A stretch of 64,000 nucleotides of DNA from Vicugna vicugna (Eukaryota): contig MU058444.1 of assembly GCA_013265495.1 (NCBI GenBank), positions 1,736,001 to 1,800,000 on the forward strand. The letters are read 5' to 3'. Shown here piece after piece: positions 12,672 through 25,749 of this stretch. The translations under genes were made by a program, and so were the position numbers. Numbering within the stretch: position 1 is the first letter of the stretch; every line of letters starts with the position of its first letter. Below the pieces are notes generated by a model. The model did not search any database. It was not told the origin of the DNA and worked only from the letters and a program-made list of their open reading frames with translations.

Positions 12672-13009
12672 AAAGGCTTATTACAAAATTACAAAAATAA
12701 CTCATCTGTTTTTGCCATTTTTCATTTTAAAAGCATTGATTATGTGATGAAAATTTTTAAGTCAATCTTTCCTCTGACTGAACAGTATGGGTGGAGAAAG
12801 GTAATGTGTTTTGGCTTTACACATGTCCAGACAATAGTATGTGTCCAAATCCTTTAACTCATTCTTTACTCCTTCTCTTTTTCATTTTTAATTTGAATGG
12901 GAAGAGTTTTTGTCAGATATTACAGTTATGCATCATTTTAACATACAAACTCTACTGTTTTTTTTTAATCAGACATCCAGGCATCTTAACATGTCCCTAC
13001 ACTTCTCTA

Positions 13010-13465
13010 GCAGACTGATATTAATGTTCCTAAAATGTGGTCTCTCTCTTCTCACACTGCTAGGGCTGACCTGAGTAACCAATAGGGTATTGTAGAAGTA
13101 AAGGAATGTGACTTCCACTCGACCATAAAAGACACTGAGCCCCACTTTGCGCCCTTGGACCACTCACTCTGGAAGAAGCCAGACGCCATGTTGTAAGGAC
13201 ACTCAAGCAGCAATGGGGGTAGGTCCATGTGACCAGGAACCAAGACCTGCCAACAGCCAGGACAGACTTGCCAACCTTGTGAGTCACCTTAAAAGCAGAT
13301 CCTCCAGCCCCAGTCAAGCCTTCAGCTGACTGCTGCCCCAAATGACATCTTGACTTCAATTCCTTAAGAGGACCTGAGTCAGGACCATTCAGCCCAGCTT
13401 CACCCATGTCGCTGAACCACGGAAACTGTACGAGATAACACATATTACTATTATTTAAACTACAA
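13010..13465 (+). mobile_element. MaLR solo LTR (MLT1F-like)
   Basis: Motifs cactctggaagaagccagacgccatgttgtaagg and gcagatcctccagccccagtcaagccttcag. Confidence 0.75.
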
Positions 13466-13699
13466 AAACAAAATTTAAAAATGTAGTCTCTCTCCACCAA
13501 GGTTGGAGTCCATCACTTGGCGTAAGATCACACATCAAGAAAGTGATGTTGACAAAGTCAGGAAACAAACCCGGATCTGGGCCTGACTCCAGAGACAGGG
13601 CTGGACCACCATAAAATCATACGGCCTCAGGTGTATTAAAAAAAAAACATCAAGTGCTTTACTTTAATAGATATTGCACTTACTGACTTTTTAAAAAAA

Positions 13700-14490
13700 A
13701 AAAAACATTTATTAAGATACAACCTCCATTCAGTAAAATGCCCTAATCTCAAGTGTTCAACAGCTCAACTGGCACATATGCATACAATCAAAAAACTAGC
13801 ACCAGACAAGACAAGGAATGTCCAACACCTTGAAAGTTACCTCATGTTCCTTCACGGAGAAAAACCACCACCACCAGAAGCCACCACTGTTAAACAAATT
13901 CTATCCCCATTAATTTGTTTAGTTTTGTCTGTTCTTTGTTTTTAATTTTTTTTGGAGGTGGGGGGTAGGTAGGTTTACTTAGTGGTTTTTGGAGAAGGTA
14001 CTGGGGATTGAACCCAGGACCTTCTGTGTGCTAACTGAGCATGCGCTCTACCCCCTGAGCTATACCCTCCCCTAGTTTTGTCTGTTGCTGAACATAATGT
14101 AAATGAACCATGCAGTATCTTTTTTTTTTTTAATTTGACTTCTCTTGCTCAACATAATGCCACGTTTTTGCACATAACAGTGATTTGTTTTGTTGGTGGT
14201 GGTGGTGGTGTGTTGCTGTGAAGGATTCTACTGTATGAATTATACTATGATGTGTTTATCCATCTTCCTGTGGGTAATCATTGGAGCTGTTTCCAGTTTG
14301 GGTCTATTTTTAATAAAGCTACTATGAACACTCTTGGATAGTCATTTGGTGAACATACAAATTTATTTCTCATAGTTAAGTATCTGGGAGAAGAACTGCT
14401 ATTTCATAGGATAGCAGTATGCTTTGCCCTGGTAGATAATGTCAAAGGCTTTTCCAAGGTGGATGTACCAATTTTCATTCCAACTAGCAT
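13700..14490 (-). mobile_element. Old L1M 3' fragment, interrupted by a SINE
   Basis: ttggagctgtttccagtttgggtctatttttaataaagctactatgaacac...ttttccaaggtggatgtaccaattttcattcc. Confidence 0.65.
13934..14072 (-). mobile_element. tRNA-derived SINE (Vic-1-like)
   Basis: Reverse head gtactggggattgaacccaggacc...tgagctataccctcccc. Perfect 14-bp TSD TAGTTTTGTCTGTT at 13920-13933 and 14073-14086. Confidence 0.9.
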
Positions 14491-15989
14491 GCCAACTGTG
14501 ACTTACAAAGGACAAAGCTGCTATGAGAATAAAGTATGTAATTAGTTGACAGCTACTACACACAGTATTTTAGAGAAAGAGAAAGGATGGGAGAATGAGC
14601 TGTTCATACAAGTTTTATCATTCCTAAGAAAATTATTCTGCAGGTTTTCTTGTTTATTCCTTTCCTAGAAATAATGATCTTACACAGCTGCATCGAGATC
14701 ATAAACACTGTCAGCAAAGTCTGCATGCTGTAATTGGTGAATTTTCTGAATCATGCCACAGTTTTTCTGCTTTTCCAACTGAATACCCAAACATCACTTT
14801 TTACATAAAATATAAACAGATTATGTTTCTTTATTTGAAACATAGCTCCAGCCTCTCTAATTAAATGAATGGAAAATTCACACTTGGGGATATACTACAA
14901 GCCCTTGACAACGTAGGTTGCCTCCATTTCAGATTAGATTTAAATTCTCGCAATCTACAGCTAGAATACAAAGTGATTCCTCTGAATACCTGAGGAGGCT
15001 TTATGAACTAGTAGACTAGATCCTGTCCCATTTGCCAAACCTCACCCCACCCTCCACCCCTCATTTCTCCCTGCCCCATCTCAGAGGATGGGAATTCAAG
15101 CGTATGTGTACCAACAATGGGGAGGCAGAATGGAAGGAAATCAGTTTCACGTCAGGGCAGAGAAATTAATCACATATACGTTACGAAATCATGGAACCCA
15201 AAATACTCACCGCCTCCAAAAACATCCCAGTTGTCCTGGCCACCGCTCCTGAAAGGTGTATCTTTACCTTTTATGGCTTCTATAGAAATGCAAGTTAAAC
15301 TGAGTAGGGTGGAGTAAAATATCAGGCCATTATTACAAAGTATTATAAGGCTTGAGTTAGATAATCAAATTACCCAGCAATCTCCAAGCCAAGGGAAAGG
15401 CGCGTACAAAGTAGGAGTAATTTTTGATGGGAGGAAAAGAAATTCAGAAGCCCTGAGCATCATTCCAAGTTAGAGTGCACCACGATGGAAAGTGCTGGAG
15501 AGAAAAAAGCCCCAGAGTTGTAAGGGATGAGAGACACTGAAGTTCCACTCAGGCAAGCAGTCTTTATCTCTCTCTCTCTTTCTCAAAGAAGATAAGCCCA
15601 CAGCTACACAGTTAGTTGCCTTCTGACTTCTGGCTTCTCTTCAGTCAACCCCATATGCTCTTTTAAGAAGTAAATAAGTTTCCTGCTTCATCCAAAAGTC
15701 AAGATGGTGGGAAAACGGAACAGTAGGAACACACAGGCAGGATTTGAGGGTCGGCTCTTTTAACTACCCACACCTGTGCACAGGTAAATTCAGCTCACCT
15801 GAATAAAATATGGGTCCAGAAACCCAGTCACTCAAGCCACAAGCTGTTGGAAGCCCTTGAAGGGCTAAGTATCTAAGTAAGGTATGAAGGTATCTTCCAG
15901 AATACAGGGGAAATTACTTTCTTTTTCCGTCCTCATTCTGTTGTACCAAGCCCGTGCCCGGCTGATTCATAAAAAGCACAGAAGAGTGA

Positions 15990-18398
15990 TGCCACTGAGG
16001 TGGCAGAATGGAAAGTCCCAACCCACATTCTCCGACTGGAACACTGACCAACAATGACATATGGACCAGAATTCCTTTAGGCCAGATTCCAGGTAGGAAA
16101 GCTGAAGGCCCCCGGGGAAGACAAAGCCAAGAAGAGCCTCACTGAAACAGGTAATAAGAGCACTATCGCTTCACCCACATCAGTCCCTCCCAAGCTGACA
16201 TAAATCAGCGCCCGGAGAGAGCGCACCAGCACGTAACGCCCCCTTCAGGAGGGAACGAGAAAAGCAGAGCGGGGCATCCGATGCCCCAGCTTTCTGGAGG
16301 GCTGCCCAAGAGACCGGTGCCATTCGCACCTCACCTGCAGCACTGAAGGGACCAGAATTACTTGGATGCCTGGTGACTGGTGAGAACAAAATGGGCAGTG
16401 GCTTGTGGCTGGCATGGTTCGGCGTGATCAAAAGACACATCCCTCGAAGCTTCTTCCGCAGGAAAAGAAAAGAGGGAAGCATGTACCCCGCATTCCAGCT
16501 TTTCAAAGGGCTGCCTGAGGGGATGATATTGGTCTTGCCTGACTAAGGCTTCTGACAGGGAACCAGCACACTTGGACACTTGGGGACCACTGAGAGCAAG
16601 GGAGAGTGCGAAGCTCGTGGCTACAGAACCAGGGAACTTGGAGTGGTGCAGGCAGACCCCAAAGGCAGTGAAAGATTAAGAGCTACTGAAAAAGAAACCA
16701 GCCCCTCTAATTCACAATGGCTCACATAGTCCCAGAGAAATCACATCCCTTTCAAAAAGGTTTCAGAATCTCCATTGAGACTGATTGTTAAGGGACTTCT
16801 CCCTGTGCAAAGCCAGCGGGTAAAAACTGAGAGGGGTCTGTTTTTTTTCAGATGTGTGGAACCCAGAACAAAGCTATGAGATACATGACCCCATCAAAGG
16901 AACAAACTAACTCCCCAGATACTGACTCTGAAGAAAGGGAGGTATATCTTTATCTGATGAAGAATGCAAAATAACCCTCATAAAAATGATCTATGAACTC
17001 AAGAAAATGATGCATGAACAAAATAAGAATATCATATGTGGAATCTAAAAAAAACAGAAAGAAAGAAAAAAGAGGATACTAATGAACTCATCTACAAAAC
17101 AGAAGCAGACCCGCAGACATGGTAAACAATTTTATGGTTACCGGGGGAAAGGGGGTGGGAAGGGATAAATTTGGGAGTTTGAGATTTGCAAACATTAACC
17201 ACTACATATAAAAAGAGATAAAAAAACAAATTCCTTCTGTAGAGCACAGGGAACTGTATTCAATATCTTACAATGACCTTTAATGAAAAAGAATATGAAA
17301 ACGAATACACACACACAGACACACACACACACACACACACGACTGGGACACTGTGCTGTATACCAGAAATTGACACACTGTAACTGACGGTGCTTCAATT
17401 TAAAAAAAGAATATCAGCATCACTTGATACCAAAGCTAGAAAAAGACACAAGAAAAGAAAACTACAGGTAAACATTCCTGATGAATATAGATGCAAAAAA
17501 TCCTCCCCCAATACTAGCAAACTGAATTCAAGAACGTATCAAAAGGATGAAAATGGATCATACACTATGACCAAGCGGGATTTATTCTGGGGATGCAAAG
17601 ATGATTTCGCCCATGAAATCAATCAATGGGACACAACACTGTAACAGAATGAAGGATAAAAGTCATATGATGGACACAACATGCAGAAAAGGCACTTGAA
17701 AAAATCTCTTCATGATAAAAACACACACCAAAGTTAAGTATAGAAGGAATTTACTTTAACACAGTAAAAGCCATATCTATGAAAAGCCCACAGCTAACGT
17801 CATACTAGTGGGGAAAAACTGAAGGCCCTTTCTCTAAGATCCGGAACCAGACCAGGATGCCCACTCTCACCACCTCTATTCAACATCGTATTGGAAGTAC
17901 TAGCCAGAGTATCAGAAATAATATAAAAATACTATGGAAAATACTTAACCAAGGAGACAGAAGACTTGAATACTAAAAACTACAAAACATGGCTCAAAGA
18001 AATGAAATAAAACACGTACACACAAAAAGACGTCTCATGTTCTGGATTGAAAAACTTCTGTTGTAAAAGTGTCCTTATCACGCAGAGTGATCTACAGATT
18101 CACAGCAATCCCTATCAGAACCCCAGGGGCCAGTCCCAGAAGGACAAATACCATCCTACCTTTATGAAGCATCAAAAGTAGTCAAACTCACAGAAACACA
18201 AGGGTTGGGGGAAAGAGGAAATGCGAGCTGCTGTCCAATGGGCATAGAGTTTCAGTCACGCCACGCGGAAGGTTCTAGATCTGACACACAAGATGGTACT
18301 TATTAACAATACTGTGTTATACACTTAAATATGTTGAGAGTAGGTCTCATATTATGTGTTTTTTTACCACAGTAAAAAAATAAAAAATAAAAAAAAAA
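15990..18398 (+). mobile_element. Older L1 (L1MA/L1MB-like) with GC-rich 5' region, ORF1 start, ORF2 pieces and 3' end; large internal deletions
   Basis: ORF1-start-like sequence near 16890-17030, ORF2-like gataccaaagc...gatgaatatagatgcaaaaaatcctc at 17420-18125, and 3'UTR with A tail at 18135-18398. Confidence 0.7.
17035..17406 (+). mobile_element. Lineage-specific L1 3' end with internal (CA)n, nested in the older L1
   Basis: atgtggaatctaaaaa...gcacagggaactgtattcaat...cttcaatttaaaaa. TSD AAGAATATCA at 17025-17034 and 17407-17416. Confidence 0.9.
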
Positions 18399-20532
18399 TT
18401 AGACTCTCGGACAGATAATGGAATCATTACTCATCTCAAAAAGGTGGTCCTGAAATAAGGAATGCATTGCAGAATACACCTCCAGGAAAATGGCAGGTCC
18501 ATGAAGATGAAATCATCCACATGGAACAAAGGGATGGGTTAAATTTTGTTCACAGTGGATCAACCACAGCAGAGTGTAAAGAGGAACAGTATTGGAAAAT
18601 GGTAATCGTATATGGTAATGAGCATCTCAAAGTAGAAGTTAACTGTATGTCCAAAAAGAAAGTGAAATTGTCAAAGAATCAAGTATAAATCACATGATCT
18701 GAGGCTGCTGCAGCACAGCGATGCTTTAATGTAGCGCATTAATCATAATCCAATACAGCATAAAAAGCCAAGTGCAAAAAAGCCCATATTTTCCATTAGT
18801 GCAATTTCAAAAAGCACACTTTGAAAGATGACCATTGTACAGTGTATATGTGAACTGAATAGACAGACATTACTTAGATTCTTTCTTTGAGTGTGGATGA
18901 AGAAATATTTGGCAAGATTTCCAATCCGTTTTTTTTTTACAGACCATACATTTTAGCTGAAAAAATCTTTACCCCTATTAACAGACTTGACTCTTTCATG
19001 TGTATTTTTAAGCTTTTAAATGGAGAGAATGTAGTTAACAAAATACTTATCGACAGAAAAAAAGTCTCTGAAGCAAATACCACAGACATATTTATATCAA
19101 ATTTCTATTTTAGGATAAAAAATGAATGGTAAGTGAAATTTCACCATGAAGAGTCTATTTTAATAGTGAAATATACCTAGCTTCAAAACCAAAAACTTCT
19201 AATCTAACAACATACTAAAAATCAAAAACCCCTTTGACGTGTCCAACACAACAAAAGTCAACACATTCTTACTGTTATGAAAAGAATGACTGCAACAATC
19301 ATTTGTACTTGTTAGCACCTTTTTACAAAGTTTTATTAAAGAAAATCCTTAATTTCCATACTATTAAAAATAAACAAATCTAAAAAACTTTCAAATGTTT
19401 TTCTCTACCATATCTCCCCAAAATAGGAAAAAAAACAGAGGAAATCATTTTTTTTTCTAAGCCATAATCATTTAGAAATTTTTCTATCGAATGTGAGCCA
19501 AACTTTTTTGGAGTTTTCAGAAGTAAGCTGGAAAAAAAGCCTTTCTATTTTCCATGGGTATTATTTTTTAGGTATACAAATGCCTATAATATTAAAAATA
19601 AAAGATATGAATAAATAATTCTCTCCCAAAGTAATCTGAACACAAGTATGTCTATACCCTGACAGGATTAATGTTTACCAAGAATTGGAAATTTCCCACA
19701 TCAAGGAGCTTCATAAACATGAAGTTAGATTTTTATGAAATAATATAAACATAATCAATAGACTGGTAAGTACTATACTTTCAAATGTTCCCTCACTGCT
19801 GGTGGGAGTTTAAGTTTTTCTCAAGTAGAATTTTTAACATAATTCCAAAGTTTTAAAACCGTTAGCAATGTGATCTTTGCTTTCTGAAGAAATGATGAAA
19901 GATTCCAATCCAGAATTAGGTACAAAGATATTCACTGGTATTTGTATTAGAAAAATAAACCAAACATACAAAAATGGAGAAATTATTAAATAAATTATCA
20001 GAAAAGATTGTCTGCTCTTATGTTAAAAGAGGACAAAAATTACACACAAAACAATAAAGTACATAATAAAATGAAAATAGAGTATGACATTACATATACA
20101 ATATTGTCCTTATTTATGCATTTGAATAAACTCTCAGACACGCTGAAATAAAAAAGGAAAGGACTGGAATGAAAAAGACAGAAAAATTTGTTAACAGGAG
20201 TGAAATGATCACGTGTGGTTTACATATGTTTTTATCCTTTGTATATCTTTCTTTTTTACCTTCTCCACAATAAACACATTGTCACTGAAAAGAAAAAAAC
20301 AATAAAACAAAATTTTACATATTCCAGCTGTAGATTTTATAAGAAGCAGTTTCTAAAACCAAAACCTATCCAGAATAAATAACAACACGAAAATGTGCAC
20401 TCACCTCAATTCTAACGGAAATACTTTGACATTAAATGTATCTATCTCCCCCCGTGTAAAAACAGTGAACAGGTTACACCAAATGTAGGAAAAAGGAATT
20501 ACTAATCGTTTCCAAATGAAATGACGGCTTAC

Positions 20533-21084
20533 CCTCACAAAGCTTCTGCTTCATCACCTCCCTTATTTTGGATATTGCGATATAATCTTCCACATAAAAC
20601 ACGTAAGTGGATGAAGGCTTGTTGGCTATTGCTCTGAGTTCCGCATCTTCTGTTTCGGAACCAACACCGATGGCAAACAAGGTGATCTTACTGTCTCTTG
20701 CGGCTTCTGCGGCATCCTTGACTTCGTCCTGGGATTTACCGTCGGTGAGGACCACCGCAATCTTGGTCAGAAACCTCGAGGATTTGGCGAAGAGGTAATC
20801 AAGTGCAAACTGGATGGCTTTTCCAGTCCTCGTGTTGCCTCCCAAGTAGTGAATGGCTTCCATCGCGGCCACCAGCTTCCCTCCTGAGTCCTGGCTGCCT
20901 AGGGGGATCTCCAGCACCGGGTAGTCACTGTACTGAACCACCCCGACCTGAATAAACTTCGGCCCGATGTCAAAGTTTTTTGTGATATTGACAAGCCACT
21001 TCTTCACTATTTCAAAGTTTTCCGGGCCGACGCTGTAAGAGCCATCCAAGATGAAAACTAAGTCTGTTGGAGCCGTACGGCAAC
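20533..21084 (-). CDS. COL21A1: COL21A1 coding exon 2, von Willebrand factor A domain (552 nt)
   Basis: Acceptor ttttttcacccag|GT, donor G|GTAAGC, phase 1-1. Encodes SCRTAPTDLVFILDGSYSVGPENF...VMKQKLCE with MIDAS DxSxS (DGSYS), GGNT and LTDG motifs. Confidence 0.98.
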
Positions 21085-21186
21085 CTGGGTGAAAAAAATC
21101 ATCAGAGTTTATTCACTATGTTAAAAAAAAAAATAGAAACAGAAAGTGAGAGGTTTCAAATGCATGATTGTTTTAACTAACCAGAT

Positions 21187-21310
21187 GGAGAGAATCTTTT
21201 CACAATGTATGCGTACATAAAGTCACCACGATGTGTACGTTAAACATCTTACAATTTTATATGTCAATCATACATCAAGAAAGTTGACTTTTTTTAAAAT
21301 AGAAAAAAAT
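21187..21310 (+). mobile_element. L1MA-like 3' tail
   Basis: ttcacaatgtatgcgtacataaagtcaccacgatgtgtacgttaaacatcttacaattttatatgtcaatcatacatcaa. Confidence 0.7.
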
Positions 21311-21761
21311 AATAGTAATCAGTTCATAGAAGTTTTGTTAAGATTAAGATACACTGCCTAGCCTGGGAAAATTCTTTACAAATGAGGCTATGATTTTTGT
21401 TGAGATGTTTGAATTATCTTGTTATATTTTAAGGATGAATGATTCAGCTCTTAAAATAGGGAATAAAAAATGGAAGCTGTAAGTGGATATGGGATCTAGA
21501 TATCTCTTTGCAGGGGTAGGTATTACCATAAAGTAACCTTTTATTCTAGTTCTCTACTGAATTAAAAAACACAAAAAAAAATTAATAAATAAATGCATGA
21601 TTTTAGCTCTACATTAACATCATCGTTTATCAATAAAATATGCTTATTTTAACCTGAAATATGTATAAAATGTATATAAATCAATGAGTGGGGGGAAGAA
21701 ATTAAAAACAAACTTTCTGCCAACTTCAGGACTCAACTAGCCAACATAGATCCATATTCTT

Positions 21762-21817
21762 TCCTTTTTATTACTGAAGTATAGTTGATTTACAATGTTG
21801 TGCTGGTTTCTGGTGTA
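21762..21817 (-). mobile_element. Very short L1 3' tail
   Basis: tttttattactgaagtatagttgatttacaatgttgtgctggtttctggtgta. TSD CATATTCTT at 21753-21761 and 21818-21826. Confidence 0.8.
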
Positions 21818-22179
21818 CATATTCTTGATTGGGTTGATAAAAGTTAAATGAACCAAGATCACAAAAGCAGTCACTCTTGCACTCCATGCAAGATAGATTT
21901 CTGAAGGTCTGATCTCTCATCTACAGCCACTAATATAGTCAAAACATTAGCCTGTGCGAAGTGAATCTGTTTCCAAGGCTGTAAAGCTCTTTCTTTCTCT
22001 GTAGAGATAGATTCTTGTTTTAAGATACCAGGAAACACATGTGATCGGCACATCTCAGAACTCGACCGGGAAAAAAACAAAGACTATCCAGGGTGCAAGT
22101 TATACCCAGACGAGTTCTAAACACTTGTGAAAAACAAAAAACACTTCATTCTCGTTTCCACAGTACACAACATGCCCCT

Positions 22180-22520
22180 AATCTGGTTTCATTCTTTCAG
22201 GATGCATATACTGAATACCTACTCTGTGCCTGACATCATGCGAGGCACTGGCTTCAAGCCTACAGGAGATACCTCAAAATGCTCACAGCCTAGGAAGATG
22301 GACAAGCGGCTGGTTAGAGAAATTTCAGAGAATTTGGAGAACATTTAGGAGGGGGTGGCCACTTAATTATGGAAAGACAGGATGATTTTGAGGGAAAGTT
22401 GACAGGCAACCTGAGATGTGAAAGGAGAGAGCTTTAACCAGGTCAAGAGGAGGCCATTCTAATCAGAACAGCATGTGCAAAGGTCCAGAGGTGAGAGACA
22501 GACACAGCCCAAGAGACAAA
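22180..22520 (-). mobile_element. L2 3' fragment
   Basis: ttcattctttc...tactgaatacctactctgtgcctgaca...aacagcatgtgcaaaggtccagagg. Confidence 0.65.
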
Positions 22521-24573
22521 CTGGTTTGTTTGGGTAACTCCAAGGGTTTGTAGCAGCCAACAAGAGGTGCAGGAGGGAACAATTGTACTGGCCCTTTCCT
22601 TCCCCAACTTCTGCACTCAAAGCAACAAGAATATTGCTGTTTTTGGCCCATAGGATAAGGATCCCATGTCCCTGGAGATGATGAGTTGGAAGAAAATGAG
22701 ATGGCAACTTTTAAAACCTATGGTTTTACTCAGGGTCTCCCTTAAGTAATGGTCAGATGCCCAATTTAGAGTTATAATAAGGATGATTTATTTTCTGTAT
22801 ATATTGCCAATAAGGTATCATAATTGCAAAGGATGGTACTGGTGAAAAAAGTTGCTCGGTGACAATTAGTACTAGTATTTTTGCCTCTCTTTGGAGTAAA
22901 CCAATCAATCAACCTCTCCCTCTCTTCGCCTCCCTCACTCCCGCCTTCCTCTCCTTTCCATTCTTTTCCTTATCTTTGTCAATTATGTATCTGGGATATT
23001 GACAAAGCTCACATGGAGAGGCCTCAATTTTACAGTGATCTCAACTCACCCATCACAGTAACCAGCAAAAGCAAACACTATTGTCAGGCAAACATGTATT
23101 AACAGTCAAGAAGTTACCCACCCCCCCAAAAATTTGCCAAAATATGGATTTGCCTAAAAACTGTAACTGTGATCATGACGTCCCTCCTCAGATGCTATAT
23201 GGCAGGTGGTGTCGAGGTATGCAGACAGGCGTGAGGGACACTAGTCTAACTGCCTGGCCACGGTGGCCACCGCGGGAGTTCAAGGCAGGGACAGCACAAG
23301 TAGAATTCAGCCCAGAGGCAAATTTTCTAACCCAAGGGAATCCAGTTCACCTGTTATTTTTGGAATAACAGGATGACAGGGTTATGCTTTTATTGGAGTT
23401 CTGTGGAACAGACAAACAGACAGGAAGATTGTGTTTGTAGGATTCCTTAGTGTTGCCTTTCCTCAACCCTGTGCGATCTGTTACTGCCTGGACCTGCGAG
23501 TGTTTGTGTACCACTCAATTCAGTGGTTATAAATTCTTGCAGAGTTATTCTTGGGCTCTTTCCACCCCTTTCCAGATCCATGGGGCATGTATTTCATAAC
23601 TGCAAAGTTAGCCAAGCACATGGCTACGAAAGCGAGCACTGCCATTTATAAACCCCAGACGAACTGCCACTCCAAGAGACCTCCTTCTTAGAGAGGCAAT
23701 CACTGGAGGGAAGGGATGCACTGAAGGTCAAGGCGTAGTTCAAATACTCATTACAACTCTAACCAGACATAGGTATGACACTAAGCAAGCCCCTTAAATG
23801 TGACGACTCTCTTTTCCCACTCAAAAAAAAGAAAGACTATCTGCCTTGTAGAGTGCTTGGCGGTGGGGGGGGGGTGGACTGAACTATAAAAGTGTTTATG
23901 CAGACATTAAATATTATTGTCAATAAGTTTTAAGCCAAGCTGAACCAAACTGTCAAACCGTCTGATTTAACTGTGATAGAAACCATAATTCATTTACAGC
24001 AGAGGGTTTATGTTTATGAGTTTTAAAATATGAATCTAAGCAAACTTTTAAACAGAAGTATGGCATCTGTGAAGGATGGCCTGGGTAGCAAACTGCCACT
24101 CACAGAGCCTACCTTCTCCACCACAAGACCTCCTACAGGCGATCAGAGTACTAGTCACTGTGTGCTGAGACGTTTAAATGCCTTACCTTATTTACAAGGA
24201 CTGTCCTATTATCTCTACGCAATGACCTCATAGGATGAGGTCCTGACAACCGTCCTAAGAGGCAAGTACCTTCTTTATCTCCATGTCAGGAAGCTTATCA
24301 ACAGCTGAACTTGGACTCAATACCAGATGGTTTACTCCAGACCCTGATGGGTTAATAAAATGAACGATTCGCATAGAATTTTCTCCGAATGACCTCTCAC
24401 AGCTTTTCCTCTCAGTTAATGGGTAACATAGCAATTCATCAATTTTAGGGAATCGCAGCATCAAAGACATGAAGAATAAGTTAAGCTTCTTAAAGCCATT
24501 GCTTGAGCTCCTCTAATCTGATTTGCACAATTAATTTGTTGATAACAAAAAAGACAATGTTGAGGGTTCTTAC

Positions 24574-24655
24574 TTGATCTTATTTCCCCATCGTCAGCTA
24601 AGGCAGAATTCTGAAGAAGCAAAACTATCCAAAGGAATGTAATGTGATGAGCCAT
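24574..24655 (-). CDS. COL21A1: COL21A1 coding exon 1 (signal peptide, MAHHITFLWIVLLLQNSALADDGEIRS); whole exon 24574-24693 includes 38 nt of 5'UTR
   Basis: ATG at 24655 in strong Kozak context (AACATGG). Acceptor ttttctttttag at 24694-24695, donor A|GTAAGA at 24572-24573, phase 1. Hydrophobic signal peptide resembles the recalled collagen XXI N-terminus. Confidence 0.96.
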
Positions 24656-25749
24656 GTTTCTGTTTTCCTTCCAATATTTTGGTTTTAGGATTCCTAAAAA
24701 GAAAATAAAAAGTTAAATATATCAGAAAAATAAAGACAAATACCTAACTGCGATAAGTTTAATTGTTTAAATGCAATATCCAGTTGAAGTACAGTTACTA
24801 ACCTTGGAATTAACTTATGCATCCAAAATAGCCACATTGCAAATGTATTGATGCAAGACAACACAACAATGATTGGGAGCTAAGGAAAGCCCGTGATTAG
24901 TTTTTTAATTCACAATTACCTTGGGAAAGCAAAAACTTATCTAAAACTTTAGGCTTTGCTCAAAATATTTGCTAGAATTGCCCCTTTTAAGCAGTCTGTA
25001 GAACCTTAGCACATTTTTTATTACCTCAATGGTAGCAAACATCCTTCTTTTAAATATGGGTTTTCATTTAAGAAACACTCAAAGGGTATCTGGTAAAAAT
25101 ATCTATATGATAAAGCTGAATGGCAAGAGTGAACTTTTTTAATGGGGTGTAAGTATAAGAATTAAGATCTATTTTATGTAACTCAGAAACACTCAGTTTA
25201 ATACGTCTTCTAAGTTAGTCCAAGGGCTTCACTCCTGGTTAGAATGTGGAAAGTTACAAAAGACTATCACTCCCAAACATGCCAGATAAACTGTAAACCT
25301 ATAGTCTTTTAAAACACAGAAGAAAAAAACAAGGTTGAAAGAAACCTAAAAGATCTAAATTCCAAAAGTTATTAATCCTTTATAGGACAGAAAACATTCA
25401 GAGGTGCTTTTGTCTCTAGCAGAAAGGGATCCGTCCTTCAGGAGGAGGGAGAATTTGCTACAGTATGAAAGATATCAGTCAAAGCTGGTGTGACAGCTTA
25501 GAATCCAGAAAGGTCCAGGCTGCAGAGAAAGGATGCCCCCATCCAGCAATTCCTCCCCACACCTCTAAACTGGGTACATGGAATAGACAGGTAGCACAGA
25601 AAACTGAGAGCAGTGCAAAGCAGTCTAGAGACAACCACTTCCTCCCTCCCCCTGTTCAAGAACCCAGGGAATTCCTCAGATACAAATCCTCCTCTTGCTG
25701 AATGTTAGGGGAGAAGCAACAGAATGGAGAAAAGTCGCTCCGAGGCATT

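Noticed and set aside
13060..13500. 146-aa ORF
   Set aside because: Antisense reading of an MLT1-type LTR with no domain features.
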